Of a stretch of 57,506 bases of DNA, positions 45,701-52,531 are shown one piece after another. The notes beneath the pieces are model-generated. The model searched no databases, was not told where the DNA came from, and saw only the letters and a program-made list of their open reading frames with translations. Origin of the DNA: a virus (lineage: Duplodnaviria > Caudoviricetes); the IMG/VR virus record IMGVR_UViG_3300001336_000007, positions 1-57,506 of that record. One strand, given 5' to 3'. Each line of letters starts with the position of its first letter. Position 1 is the first letter of the stretch. The translations under genes and the position numbers were made by a program.

Positions 45701-47862
45701 CGGACAAGGATATGCGGCCTTTGACCGTCAAAGCGGCACTGGCACAAATGGGCGATCTTCGCGGCACGTTCTTTCCGCGAATACGTGAATCAGGGGAATA
45801 CGTGCTCATTGCCCGAAAGGACGGGGAAAATCCTATCCGGAAACATTTTGATATCCCTGCAGTCGGCGACGACAAGCCGACCTTACAGGCATTTCTAAGC
45901 AAGACAACACCGATAGGCCGCGAAATAAAGGCACTGAGGTTGCGGGGCTACAACGTCACCACCGAGAAGGACAAGTCACCGAGTGAAGATGTCTTCGAGG
46001 CGACCAACCTCATTACCTCCCTTGATGCGCTCCTGCAAAGTTCCATGGAGGTTGTCAACAAGAACGAGGACATGAGCGTCAAGGCCGGGCAGCATATCAA
46101 CAAGATTCTCACTATGCAAATTGCCGATATCTTCAAGTCCCGCGGTTATCTGTCGAGCAGATTGAAACGGCTTGCCGGGGATGAGGTGTGGGAAGGCTAC
46201 GAAGAGGACATGGGCAAGGCCCTAACTCAATACGGGAAGAGCGTTGCAGCCGGTACCGCCAAACGTGATACTGCCCGGGCAATGGTTCTGGCCTTTTCCG
46301 GGCGCGACTACACCTGGGAGCAGTACAAGACCGATGTCGAGAAGCCGGAGTGGGCGGAATACCAGCGGATCGTTGAAGAGCGCAGGATTGACGAGAGAAC
46401 ACAAAAAAACCTTTTCAGGGATGTGCGGTCTTTCATGATCGATATCTTGAGAAACGACGAGCAGGTAGACCGGATAATCGGCACACTCAAGGGGCTTGCG
46501 GTGTTGAAGTATCTTGGCTTCCGGGTAAGTTCGGCGGCGGTGAACTTAACCAATATGGCGCAGGGTGTCCCGGCCACCATTTCCGGCCATACCGGCGAAT
46601 CACTCACCAAGGCTATAGGCCGGGTCATATCGGCGGCGACCGCTTACGGGAAATATCGTTTAGGTAAAGATATCAGCGACGACGACCGTAAAATATTCGA
46701 GTACATCTCCGCCAAAGGGTGGGATGAAGCGCAATTCAACCACGAAGCGGCAAGCGAATTGCGCGGAAAATTGGGTGAAGGCTGGAATAAATTCATGACT
46801 GCCGGCATGTATATGTTTGGTGCGGCCGAGAAAGTCAACCGGGCGACAACCCTGTTTGCCGCTTACAAGGCCGTGGATGCGAAAGAAACAACGGCGGAAG
46901 AGTCGGTCAAATGGGAGAAGGCGAAAGAGATCAGCGACCGGGCGCACGGTGTTTACGGCAAAGAAACCATTCCGGCATGGGCACGGGGGAAATACAATAT
47001 CCTGCGATTGACGTATCTCTTCCAGAAATTTTCCCACAACTACATGCTGAATATGATCGATCTTGGATTCAATAGGAAAGAATACAAAGCTGCTGCGTAT
47101 ATGCTCCTATCTCCTGCGCTTCTGGCCGGGTCCAGTGCATCGTTGGCCGGTCCCGTATTATTTGCTCTTGCCGGTGCGTTCGGTATCGGCGGTGACGATC
47201 CTGAAGAAGCCTGGTACAAATGGGCGGAAGATACTTTTGGCGCGGGGGATTATGCCCGTCATGGCGTTTTCGGTGGCCTGGTCGGTGTCAACATCAAGGG
47301 TAGTCTGCAGATGAATAACCCGATGCCAACCTCCTTAACTGAACTTGTCGGAGCAGCTGGCGGAGTGGTGGCGGACACCGGCAAGGGTATCAATCATTTG
47401 TTTCATGGCGAGCTGGCCAAGGGCGCCGAAATGCTCTTACCGACCGCCTTTGGTTCCTGGTCAAAATCTATCCGGGAAGGAAGAGAGGGAATAACGACCA
47501 GTAATTACGGCTCGGTATTCTACGGTGACGAGCCCTTGAAGGCGGACGCGGCGGACCAGATTATCAGGTTCCTGTCGTTCAATCCTTCGCGGATATCCGG
47601 GATAAGAGAAAAACAGTGGAATGAGAAAGAGGTTGCGGCCGGGTACCAGGGAGACAGGGCCGAGATTTATTCGAGCATCAAGCGGCGGCATCTTCAGGGC
47701 AAGTCGATCACGCCGGAGATATACAAGGCCATCTACAAGTATAATGAGCGGGTAAAGAGATCGGGGAGAAAAGATATTTCTCTTATTACGCCAAAAAATA
47801 TAAGGATCATGATGAAGAGGAATAGCAAACCGAACAGGACAGAAAGGTACCGGGATATTTAA
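33790..47862 (+). CDS. Giant polyvalent ejection protein: N6-adenine MTase + SNF2 helicase (DarB-like) + ART-like/LPD + zincin-like + PLxRFG-type C-terminus
   Basis: 4690 aa; VLEPGAG and IGNPPF; HAVGAGKT, VDEAH, QPLGRIIRQGN; WHGSPH..GTGEGAQIYGHGLYF; KHEVGVH. Confidence 0.9.
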   Translation: MPFDPDKPFDIIENSNTGFDPNKPFEIVEDIPRQTWGGVIKDTAIDAAKGVVGGGRAIVGLTNIFTGNLAGKGLSKVGYDPEATNEILSSGYSDRRKYTNQKVSEAEGFWPTIVALVDHPSVAFGAIVESAPMTLTGVAAARTAAVKMLGSALAKNNIAAGTEAAKAFAGKFFADKTVQGTLVAVGAGTEGAQTAGGIQEQGRHAGRSYGETIGPALAAGLTTTAIGAVTSKIPGLRDAEASIATAGLGAQRSGSGILGSAKEVGKAMVKEGPIEENLQSGQEQYFTNVAMGEDDTAKGVTKAMATGTVVGAMQGGGMSLGSELLKAPIDKTKQSNLGTIAANVVVEDQEQATDEVIAETGGMEDVIADNVTIIDPATGEFTTSTGKPFVSESALRTHARLKHVDLDNYSITRRDNGFVAVPFAKEDIIEGGTDNAFDSIDITTEQKSATDPAKEIQQQPDLEDVKRLGPHLREMWGSIEQGTNPDFVKPKVLNDWEKQTGEPVKSYVSSTSAKETLLAVGNGEQLTEEQAKVWSYLKSVAENKAMVAEQGTGEFSADFGGEAPAPANNTEGESDKGWSAVNKKFTDSPSKETAQETGSWLLSNAEEGDTLNFPEGDGYKVTRVTVSKTTGRKSVELIPFDENGEENVPAMIIFNEDDPGSGVVGKIPDNTHLLHEYTYTSASSGERVTQRSRYEKNISAPAPAKPSQRTMVDPETGETFDIDTGEIVAPVEPEGEPVQPVTPDVSPEDRDLLDTNDIMNDFADSSQDGQLRENEKYRQAKFERMQKDTEPQGAINDSVQETGNQITPETDTPANLEGKEGTVPEGTQGDSGAEAGPERKGLVDDSGEVGGKELPVKVRDTRGDTYYVMQSDIDNGNRTILPIYKKDGSKSNLKVPALHRDNIKTDDEIKANYDTYIWPLDGQDGKGYTSEASTIREINKIGQKVSDYDIVEDNGRFVANRTKAWLDAHKQPDPVTANEEGVAEGNGSDSDRVNNPSSLVEHTVKKSGKIIKGIVRTDLTKEEAKKIDPYTFKKDGGFFIREKYLTDAEKNPVVSQETTTSPVVAQETDNVSDKGGDQISPVEPTGETVQGKSNAQVGDTVRGEAGIDMEVISSYANQDDAMKSEVLLNKDTGKFHSVLTDVDSGSVVGVKIFNDKKLADEDARAKANLTPTEEPAAEKPKIKNNYWQNDSDTGWDGKPLPAEDEAVVGSQSSKTTEQKQPVNAKEEAVVGSESSKDQFANNKLFTADAVEAARARLKAKRNSLNAGLDPELIQDMLTLGGAYFEAGIRDFATWSKTVLSDIGDEFKPFLRGTYENLRYYPGLDTEGITSHADVDAILSDEKKLLSPEKEPTIKETQSTTTDGVNNGTLAARNEKGTAEDDRDGTKGDVTESVSPDKRGGEGTTGISGTEGSGLNGGIRDGKLPDGTAGQENGPVANEAGPGNRDADKDDLGSSPGGQPNIPGKPLHAGRDYRIPAGGIKREGSWKATAKRNLDIIELAKKLDKENRPATPEEQELLSLYTGFGASEIANNLFPGYAQNGKVMPNWARDEGWKELATRLTDILTKDEIKTAARSTQYAHYTSEAVINSIYSALQKFGFKGGKVLEPGAGVSSFWGLIPKSMHNNSNYTGIEMDHVTALIAKHLYPQQNILRADFTQQKLPGNFFDLAIGNPPFSDTKITSDPDYKRNKFMLHDYFFAKSVDKVRPGGLLVFVTSKGTMDKGNDSARQYLADRADLLGAIRLPQTAFKQNAGTEVVTDVLFFKKREEGQLAGGEAWLDLGEVTTPEGPTLINEYFVAHPEMILGTNSLQGTRYRANEYTVLPLEGNIEDHFAKAIENLPSSVYSKAKEKAKPKKTKKTGKKAEKREDVVEYEFDLKNKKEGGLYLNDKGKLMRVKSGAGMTVTSLDGLTEKQITWLKDYVPLRDAVKKAQHDQLTNGDWEKSLKALNKAYDKFVAKNGPIHDNTITEKIVIDEDGEKQVNITKRYKNKKVMFFDADSPAVRALEKEDDNGNVTKGPFLTGRSIQKPERKKPETIADALALSLDFHGVLDLADIADSIGITEQEAIDGLGDLIYKNPEGAAWETRDGYLAGDVKGKLAIAKAAAAADSQYERNVKALTEVQPAPLKAADVTVKLGVPWIDTNIIQQFASEVFGVGVSIEYSPSTNYYKVSPTGNNTVQGGRGEASEWATQRRSSIELLDSVLNNRTIKVVDTIDKKTVPDVTGTVAANEIADKMRKRFSSWVWEDAGRAGNILDEYNEKYNNLSGRKFDGSHLTLPGVSLRFNLHPHQKNAIWRIIQTGNTYLGHAVGAGKTMIMIAAGMEMKRLGLVHKPIYVVPKHMLAQFSNEFLELYPMANIMVADEENFHTDNRRSFIAQAALNSPDAIIITHPSLAKLGMRQENIDVVGDEMIQDLRDSLAEMEADDSQGNRFLIKRVESRIEKLEQMLAGMVSQDRDQSMTFEEIGADFMFVDEAHEFRKLDFATNRQAKGIDSKGSMKAIDLFIKTKWLGTQSPGRSHAFASGTPVTNTMGELYNLMRFFIDDQMEAEGIRHFDAWASMFGEVAPDFERNAAGKPVIVERFAKFVNVPELMKRVRSFMDVLTFTDLGAFVKRPDVSGGVPKMVISKQSKELTAYLKGELSNRIEESLAFKPSKQQPGNPDPMINIITDGRLASIDMRYINPRLPNDPGSKLNTMIDGIIETWKNTGELAYDEKIGGGPSKMKGAAQIVFFNLGFGDGVKQRGFDARSWMTKRLKEAGIPASEIGWMEDANTAAKKDKLFTAVRSGEKKIIIGSAKQMGTGVNVQNRLHTLHYMDAPWFPADVEQPLGRIIRQGNQNEMIDIFWYATEGSYDSTMWQMVARKSKFIEQAFSGDDSVRSIEDVSASSTYEMATAIASGDSRVIQLAGLRNEIERLERLKTAHADNQRTMASNRRMAENSLAWHVRQAKYLTEAAAKVGGFIREPDGIVDGKSFEKRAELGQAIQEKVQARVEEVGEIKDSAVAKDVGKLNGYPLVALIGRRGANLQLVITKNVKLEVNHEGDAAGLVTRLMNTLNGVATKKRDNEGKIEDYKDEIAKYDKKLGAPYEHGAELNQKIAEAQQLQNELTSEDDAPPIPSDGILISMDEGLSLEEAGLRKGHAVSNKGVSPNRVHWAKEATDDDQGQAAPKQSQSSQKVKNPSSLADLSRDQRAVIQPMIDSGDMVMLSAAEAEAILVEAGVSAEQAKFMVAWHGSPHDHDGFRMDKVGTGEGAQIYGHGLYFAGSKEVAEWYRKKLGKNLVAYLNGKKIADQAGYLATHIRNIMSAFDFKQGKEDAIADLKFRLAVEEKSVGSGWLKDATTQDIKKAIATIEEANEGDIDARKGTLYQVELAPEQEDYLDWDKPLSEQSEVVKEAIQNAFNDIVNNESDYHKASKLSRELTVENFKEKDGNDIYRTISREHGSDKAASEYLHSLGIRGIRYLDGSSRGKGEGDSNFVIFDESDVSITAKYSADGKVQGFAMPDGKVYLIPENIEQGKLWGVIKHEVGVHVGQVLHNNKEFQNLLRSLEKRQFEQTPTGEALREAFKRVPKNTKKEHVSEEVLAYMVENHPEVTLVRRVIALIKRILFKMGVDAKIFTAADFAALADMAVRVNSMKGGAVSTGKAKLPKSNDGTRFSVSKETPTSPLSTESLAETAGQMGTLTVLKNKKVDSTFLDRILSTPEYYFKKFAAAGRVLQAALLRRDIRYEKEQAVLGDFVTYIKELREKFKDAYKEANDYLLNTDQTGDGFRIKTLDSGKYQVSKPESALTEEEIQEIEDSIDRTQSPDKQAHDRWKAIEEKRIVGEFVEEEDGVKAMLDAESALLKERGYSEEAIVAIRKGRELTNRGFDIMAADMRRIIQEAKDNGLPNPFIGDGKIDESGRYGVYAAGKSKPIALFATQKEANEMLDNAAQMISYVVTSRKKGRRTFTNELKAKRWAKAHSGTVKGNKAFQNLTVKKRSDKDMRPLTVKAALAQMGDLRGTFFPRIRESGEYVLIARKDGENPIRKHFDIPAVGDDKPTLQAFLSKTTPIGREIKALRLRGYNVTTEKDKSPSEDVFEATNLITSLDALLQSSMEVVNKNEDMSVKAGQHINKILTMQIADIFKSRGYLSSRLKRLAGDEVWEGYEEDMGKALTQYGKSVAAGTAKRDTARAMVLAFSGRDYTWEQYKTDVEKPEWAEYQRIVEERRIDERTQKNLFRDVRSFMIDILRNDEQVDRIIGTLKGLAVLKYLGFRVSSAAVNLTNMAQGVPATISGHTGESLTKAIGRVISAATAYGKYRLGKDISDDDRKIFEYISAKGWDEAQFNHEAASELRGKLGEGWNKFMTAGMYMFGAAEKVNRATTLFAAYKAVDAKETTAEESVKWEKAKEISDRAHGVYGKETIPAWARGKYNILRLTYLFQKFSHNYMLNMIDLGFNRKEYKAAAYMLLSPALLAGSSASLAGPVLFALAGAFGIGGDDPEEAWYKWAEDTFGAGDYARHGVFGGLVGVNIKGSLQMNNPMPTSLTELVGAAGGVVADTGKGINHLFHGELAKGAEMLLPTAFGSWSKSIREGREGITTSNYGSVFYGDEPLKADAADQIIRFLSFNPSRISGIREKQWNEKEVAAGYQGDRAEIYSSIKRRHLQGKSITPEIYKAIYKYNERVKRSGRKDISLITPKNIRIMMKRNSKPNRTERYRDI
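36176..36337 (+). CDS. Nested +1-frame ORF (53 aa, basic helical) inside the giant gene
   Basis: AAGGAG-N6-ATG; MILFKRLEIRLLQKPTHQLTLKEKRELYLKERKEIQERRQGRKGKGWLMTRER; host frame is a disordered linker here. Confidence 0.45.
   Translation: MILFKRLEIRLLQKPTHQLTLKEKRELYLKERKEIQERRQGRKGKGWLMTRER
37886..38227 (+). CDS. Nested +1-frame ORF (113 aa, TnpV-like helical protein) inside the giant gene
   Basis: GGGGTGA SD; amphipathic sequence LRETSPKVYHLI...ELPEFLELREAALMEEF...RMIWEVALADNLIFP; host frame is G/D/T-rich over the same span. Confidence 0.65.
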   Translation: MALWQQGMRKERLKMIETALRETSPKVYHLIKEVEKELPEFLELREAALMEEFETASYQMEQQVKKMDLSPMKQAQEIEMRTRMIWEVALADNLIFPESLYMPDETTEYQQEE

Positions 47863-47881
47863 GCACCACAATCACAACCAA

Positions 47882-47992
47882 TTGCAGCAAAGAAATAAAT
47901 ACAGTATAATACCCATATCCGCTTACTGAAAGATCCCGCAAGGGAAATCTAAAGCCCGGTGAAGAGAAGACTCTTTGCCGGGCCTTTTTTTT
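47882..47992 (+). promoter_or_regulatory. Late promoter + structured leader + intrinsic terminator (unit 3)
   Basis: TTGCAG-N17-TATAAT; TTACTGA-a-AGAT-CCC-GCAA-GGG-aa-ATCT; GCCCGGTGAAGAG/CTCTTTGCCGGGC-c-T8. Confidence 0.7.
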
Positions 47993-48020
47993 GTAAAAAT
48001 GGGGACGTATGGGCGGCGTC

Positions 48021-48179
48021 ATGTTTTCGATTTATAAAAAACCGACATCGCGAGATCCGGCAAACGACATCAGCCATAGGCTTGACAGTGGGCCTGCACC
48101 ACGCCTGTCGGAAGAGTCGAGAATTGTTGATCTGACCTGGCTCGTTAAACTGCTTATTAAAACATTCAGGAGAAAATGA
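48021..48179 (+). CDS. Small hypothetical protein (52 aa)
   Basis: Open frame ending in an ATGA overlap with the next gene; start uncertain. Confidence 0.4.
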   Translation: MFSIYKKPTSRDPANDISHRLDSGPAPRLSEESRIVDLTWLVKLLIKTFRRK

Positions 48180-48445
48180 TGCTGAAACTTTTGCTGAAAA
48201 TTGCCCCTGCATTGGCGGCAGGCAAAGAACTGCGTAACGTCCGTCTTTGGAAAAATGTCCAGGATGTAACCAATAAGATTGCCGCCGTCCTGGCACTACT
48301 CATCGCAGTAGCACGGATGGCATGGCCGGAAATGGTGCCGATATCTGACGGGGACATTATTATATATTCCGCATGGATTGCAACAGGGCTCGGGTTTGTA
48401 AACTCTTTTCTAACACGAGCGACAACCAAAAAAATAGGGAACTGA
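48176..48445 (+). CDS. Holin-like membrane protein
   Basis: Two TM segments, ATTKKIG C-terminus, AGGAG RBS. Confidence 0.65.
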   Translation: MMLKLLLKIAPALAAGKELRNVRLWKNVQDVTNKIAAVLALLIAVARMAWPEMVPISDGDIIIYSAWIATGLGFVNSFLTRATTKKIGN

Positions 48446-48446
48446 A

Positions 48447-48728
48447 ATGGAAAAATTTAAATTCATCGTGTCGGGTTTATGGGCTTTTCTGTCTCCGTTT
48501 ATCAAAATATTACTGACCACCGGCGGCACCATCCTTATCCAATCCTGCATGGCGGCGGTGACTGCGGTCGCGACAAATATGCAGGATAGTAGCGGCGAGG
48601 AAAAAAGGGCACAGGCATTGAGAATCATCCAGGCTGACTTGACAAACAAGGGGATCGCCATGACCGCCAGCGTCATCAATGCCGCACTGGAAGCTGCCGT
48701 CGTCAAAATGAAAAACGAGTTAAGGTAA
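48447..48728 (+). CDS. Holin-like protein (LL-H type motif)
   Basis: SGEEKRAQA...INAALEAAVVKMK. Confidence 0.6.
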   Translation: MEKFKFIVSGLWAFLSPFIKILLTTGGTILIQSCMAAVTAVATNMQDSSGEEKRAQALRIIQADLTNKGIAMTASVINAALEAAVVKMKNELR

Positions 48729-48734
48729 TCATTC

Positions 48735-49010
48735 ATGGCCCTATCCGAATCGGATCTCGCGAGAATAATTGAGGCAGTCAAGACATCCGCGTATCACGAA
48801 CATTGCCGGTTCGGCGACATCGAACCCGAAGATCTACGAGCAATGGTCGAGGCGCACAAAAGGTTCAATTCCGCCATGACTGATTCAAAGACCGTCGTCA
48901 GGCGGTTTTTTTTGGTGCTGGTACTGACCGGAATTTCCGGCTACGCGGTGATTGGCTGGTGGTCGAAAATCGTCGATACGGCAAAGAAAGCTGTCACGGG
49001 CGGGCCGTGA
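48735..49010 (+). CDS. Membrane protein (holin/antiholin-like)
   Basis: Single C-terminal TM helix. Confidence 0.55.
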   Translation: MALSESDLARIIEAVKTSAYHEHCRFGDIEPEDLRAMVEAHKRFNSAMTDSKTVVRRFFLVLVLTGISGYAVIGWWSKIVDTAKKAVTGGP

Positions 49011-49042
49011 ACTTATGAAACAACACAACCTTGGAGCACTCC

Positions 49043-49417
49043 ATGCCTGAATTTATACGGCTCAATGATCATCGTCGCGGGGACACCTGGCCGGGTATTC
49101 TGTCTATCGGACCAGTGACTTTTTTACTCAACGACAGTGACGTGTCCTTGCCGGAAAACCCGTTAGCGAGTTGTCGTATGCAGTTTCGCGACAAGAAAGA
49201 CGTGCTTGGGTGTGAACTCTCCACGTCTCCGGAGGAAGGGCAGGGCACCATCACTATTGTCGATGCCGATTCCTGGCTGATCAGTATTCCCGCTCAGGCC
49301 TTGCCGCTTAATGACGGGACGTGGTTGTGGGATTTCGAAGCGACGGACTCCGCCGGCTGGACGATTACCCTGTACGAGGGGAAAATGACTGTAAGAAAGG
49401 ATGTTACCCATGACTGA
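49043..49417 (+). CDS. BppU-N-like fibre adaptor protein
   Basis: RGDTW...CRMQFR...WDFEATD...TLYEGKMTVRKDVT. Confidence 0.6.
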   Translation: MPEFIRLNDHRRGDTWPGILSIGPVTFLLNDSDVSLPENPLASCRMQFRDKKDVLGCELSTSPEEGQGTITIVDADSWLISIPAQALPLNDGTWLWDFEATDSAGWTITLYEGKMTVRKDVTHD

Positions 49418-51821
49418 TATGACAATTATCAACCAGACGATTAGCGCCCCTGTTTCCCTTGGTCCCGCCGGGGCAAAAGGCGATAAAGGCGACAAAGGCG
49501 ATACTGGCGACATTACCGCCGCCGCCGCCGCCAGTGCTGCCCTGTGTGCGTCAAATGCCGCGTCAACCGCTGCCGACAAGGTTCATACCGGGGAGGATCG
49601 GGCACAAACCGGGAAAGATGTTATCTCAACCGCCGCCGACCGGGTGCAGACCGGCCTTGACAAGTCCGCGTGCGATTCGTTGCTGACGGACTGTGTGGCG
49701 AGTACCGCCGAGGCCTGGACATCGAAGGAGACGGCTGTCGAAGCCGCCGAGAGCGCCGCGGCATCCATGGCAACGTGCGATGCGGACAAGGCTTTGGTGC
49801 TGGCTTACAAGAACACGGCTTCCGGGCGGGCTGATGCTGCTCTTGTTTCGGAAAATGCCGCTCTGGCCTCTGCCGGTGTTGCTGCTGAACAAGCAGCAAT
49901 TGCCACCACTCAAGCAGGCGTAGCAACCACGCAATCAGGGATAGCCGCAACCCAGGCAGACGAGGCCGAGGAACAAGCAGGCATTGCTACGACTCAAGCA
50001 GGGATAGCCACTACTGCCGCCGCAGATACCGACCTTGACAGAGTACAGACCGGGGAGGACAGAAGCGCGTGTGCAGAGTATCGCGAGGCCACCCTGGCGG
50101 ATGTCGTTATAACTCACGGTGATGTTGAGTCGGCGGATATGGCCGCAGAACTTGCCACGACGAAAGCTGGCGAAGCCTCTGCCAGTGCTGCTGTTGCCGG
50201 GGCAAGTGCCCAGGCTGCCCAGGAGGCACTAGATAATGCCGTGGCCGTGGTTTATGAAGGTGATGCGAGCATTGTGCCAAGTCCTGGAAAACTGCCGGTT
50301 GCCGGGGCTGATGGGCGCATTGATGCTACCTGGATCAGGCAGCATACCAATGATATCGGGCAACAGGGTGCGCAGGGTTTTGGCGTAGGCATTTGCCCTG
50401 AAGAACTTCCGGTCGGTATGGTCGAGATGACCGGCACCAGGGATAAAGCCTCGGACAACTACGGCAATTACCAGTATTCCGACGGCTCGATCATGTGTTG
50501 GGTTCCGGCATTCTTCTACAAATACGGCGATGGGGCCAATGGTCTGGCGGTCAATGACGTAGAGATTCGACCATTCCATTATTATGCAAATGTTTCGGCT
50601 GCAAACGATGAAGGGTTTGCTCTGCACCGCGCCTTTTATGATGGCGGGGTGATTAAGTCTGGATTCTTCGTCGATAAATACGAGTGCTCCAATAATGCCG
50701 GGATAGCCTCTTCGATCAAAAATGGCGCGCCGCTTACCTCGGCTGCCGTACATAATCCTTTTTCCGGTTTAAACGGTGCTCCCGCCAATATACTAGGTGG
50801 GGCTATAGCTGCCGCCAAGACGCGCGGGACGGATTTCTTCTGTTTGTCGATGTTTGGTCGCGGTGCGCTCGCATTATTATCCTTGGCGCATGGCCTGCGG
50901 GCTACGTCTGCAACATGGTGTGCCTGGTACGATGCCGGGGGGGTGACGAGTTTTCCGAAAGGAAACAACAATAACGCCCTGTCTGACTATAACGATTCAA
51001 GCATATCCTATGTCACGGACGGTTATCCGAATTGCGGCCTCACCGGCTCAGGCGTGCCCTTTGCCAAAACGACCCATAACGGGCAAGAATCGGGGTGTGC
51101 CGATCTGAATGGTAATCTTTGGGAGATTAGTCCAGGGCTGACAACAATCGGCGTATCGCGGACTATTGTCGGCATATCGCCCGCCAACCCGTGTGTCGTC
51201 AATGTCCCAGGGCACGGCCTCGCGACCGGCGATGTGGTCAGGATATCCGGCATAGTTGGGCCAGTGGCGATGAACGACAAGATCTATCAAATCACTGTTG
51301 TTGACGGGGATTATACAAGTTTAGACGGGGTGGACTCCAGCGGACTACCGGCGTATGTGTCTGGTGGTGTGGTCTATAAAAGCAGTTTTTACGCATTGAA
51401 AACGAGCACGGCGATGAAAGATGTCACCGGTGGGAGTACCATTGCCACCGACATGTGGGGGGCGGTCGGTATCGCGGCAATTTGCGAACCCGTTGCGTTG
51501 AATTTTAACACGACATATCCAGGCAACTCATATGTGCAGCGGTTTGGCAACGCTGACGCTCAAGTGTTGCCGTCATCTGTCAACGGAAACGACTGGGCGT
51601 TGGCCGGAATGGGTCTGCCGGCAATCGGTGGCGTGTCCGGCGGAGGATCAAATTCATTCGGTGCAGATTATTATTATACATCAATGCCGAATGAGCTGTG
51701 TCCGCGCGCGGGTGGCGGCTGGTACGACAGCTACGGCGCAGGGGTCTGGACGTTGCATCTGGGCACTGTGCGCGGCTACTCGCCCTACACTTCGGGTTTT
51801 CGCGCGGCCTTGTATCTCTGA
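49410..51821 (+). CDS. DGR target protein: receptor-binding fibre with collagen triplets, Ala-rich stalk and C-terminal C-type-lectin (Mtd/FGE-like) domain
   Basis: GPAGAKGDKGDKGD; GFFVDKYE; ADLNGNLWE; RAGGGW...SGFRAA; carries the VR. Confidence 0.9.
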   Translation: MTDMTIINQTISAPVSLGPAGAKGDKGDKGDTGDITAAAAASAALCASNAASTAADKVHTGEDRAQTGKDVISTAADRVQTGLDKSACDSLLTDCVASTAEAWTSKETAVEAAESAAASMATCDADKALVLAYKNTASGRADAALVSENAALASAGVAAEQAAIATTQAGVATTQSGIAATQADEAEEQAGIATTQAGIATTAAADTDLDRVQTGEDRSACAEYREATLADVVITHGDVESADMAAELATTKAGEASASAAVAGASAQAAQEALDNAVAVVYEGDASIVPSPGKLPVAGADGRIDATWIRQHTNDIGQQGAQGFGVGICPEELPVGMVEMTGTRDKASDNYGNYQYSDGSIMCWVPAFFYKYGDGANGLAVNDVEIRPFHYYANVSAANDEGFALHRAFYDGGVIKSGFFVDKYECSNNAGIASSIKNGAPLTSAAVHNPFSGLNGAPANILGGAIAAAKTRGTDFFCLSMFGRGALALLSLAHGLRATSATWCAWYDAGGVTSFPKGNNNNALSDYNDSSISYVTDGYPNCGLTGSGVPFAKTTHNGQESGCADLNGNLWEISPGLTTIGVSRTIVGISPANPCVVNVPGHGLATGDVVRISGIVGPVAMNDKIYQITVVDGDYTSLDGVDSSGLPAYVSGGVVYKSSFYALKTSTAMKDVTGGSTIATDMWGAVGIAAICEPVALNFNTTYPGNSYVQRFGNADAQVLPSSVNGNDWALAGMGLPAIGGVSGGGSNSFGADYYYTSMPNELCPRAGGGWYDSYGAGVWTLHLGTVRGYSPYTSGFRAALYL
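51696..51810 (+). repeat. DGR variable repeat (VR)
   Basis: Ungapped 115-bp match to TR; 22 mismatches, 21 at TR adenines. Confidence 0.97.
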
Positions 51822-51838
51822 GGCCCTGAGCGATAGCG

Positions 51839-52228
51839 ATGGGGCTACATTCCGAAGCGGGTCTGGATAAAAAGTTTATTGAGTTTGCAAAATTGATGAA
51901 CGTCTATCTTAACCATTTTCCGAAACATGAGCGGCACGGTCTGGCACTGGAGATCCGCCGGGCCGCTTACGATATGTACGGCATGATCGTTGAATGTCAA
52001 AAACGCTATCACAAGAAAACCACCCTGACCGGGCTTGATATCCGCCACGAACAGTTGCGGATGCTGGTCAGGTTGGCCAGTGAGCTGGGGTATTTTGCTT
52101 ACCGCGATGGCGCAAACAACAGCGATAAGGGCCGGGGCGAACATCGGTATCTGGTGTTATCGGCACTGATTGACGAATTAGGCAGGATGATCGGCGGATG
52201 GATCGTCGCCGATCGCGACAAGAAGTAA
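51839..52228 (+). CDS. avd: DGR accessory variability determinant
   Basis: FPKHERHGLALEIR, KKTTLTGLD, IDELGRMIGGWI. Confidence 0.93.
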   Translation: MGLHSEAGLDKKFIEFAKLMNVYLNHFPKHERHGLALEIRRAAYDMYGMIVECQKRYHKKTTLTGLDIRHEQLRMLVRLASELGYFAYRDGANNSDKGRGEHRYLVLSALIDELGRMIGGWIVADRDKK

Positions 52229-52253
52229 AGCAGTAAACGGGAGATATCTTAAC

Positions 52254-52368
52254 ATGTGTCCGATCGCGGGTGGCAACTGGAACAACAGCAACAACGCAGG
52301 AGTCTGGACGTTGAATCTGAACAATGTACGCGGCAACTCGAACAACAATTCGGGTTTTCGCGCGGACT
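52254..52368 (+). ncRNA. DGR template repeat (TR)
   Basis: AAC/AAT-rich copy of the VR (12 AAY codons) between avd and RT. Confidence 0.95.
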
Positions 52369-52531
52369 CGGCTAAACCTCGAAGCCTGTATCAGGGGCAT
52401 GGTGGAACCAAGGGGGATATTTTCCGGCGCGTGGATTTTCCACGGCGAAATCGGTGTGTCGCATTCTTTCTGGTAGCTCTGGCCTTTGTGGTGATCCATG
52501 CGGGCGCGAACGTCAGAATGTGGTGGCGTAA

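Noticed and set aside
52254-52368. AAC-rich repeats as a CRISPR array or microsatellite
   Set aside because: Fully explained as the DGR template repeat; no repeat-spacer array or cas genes seen anywhere
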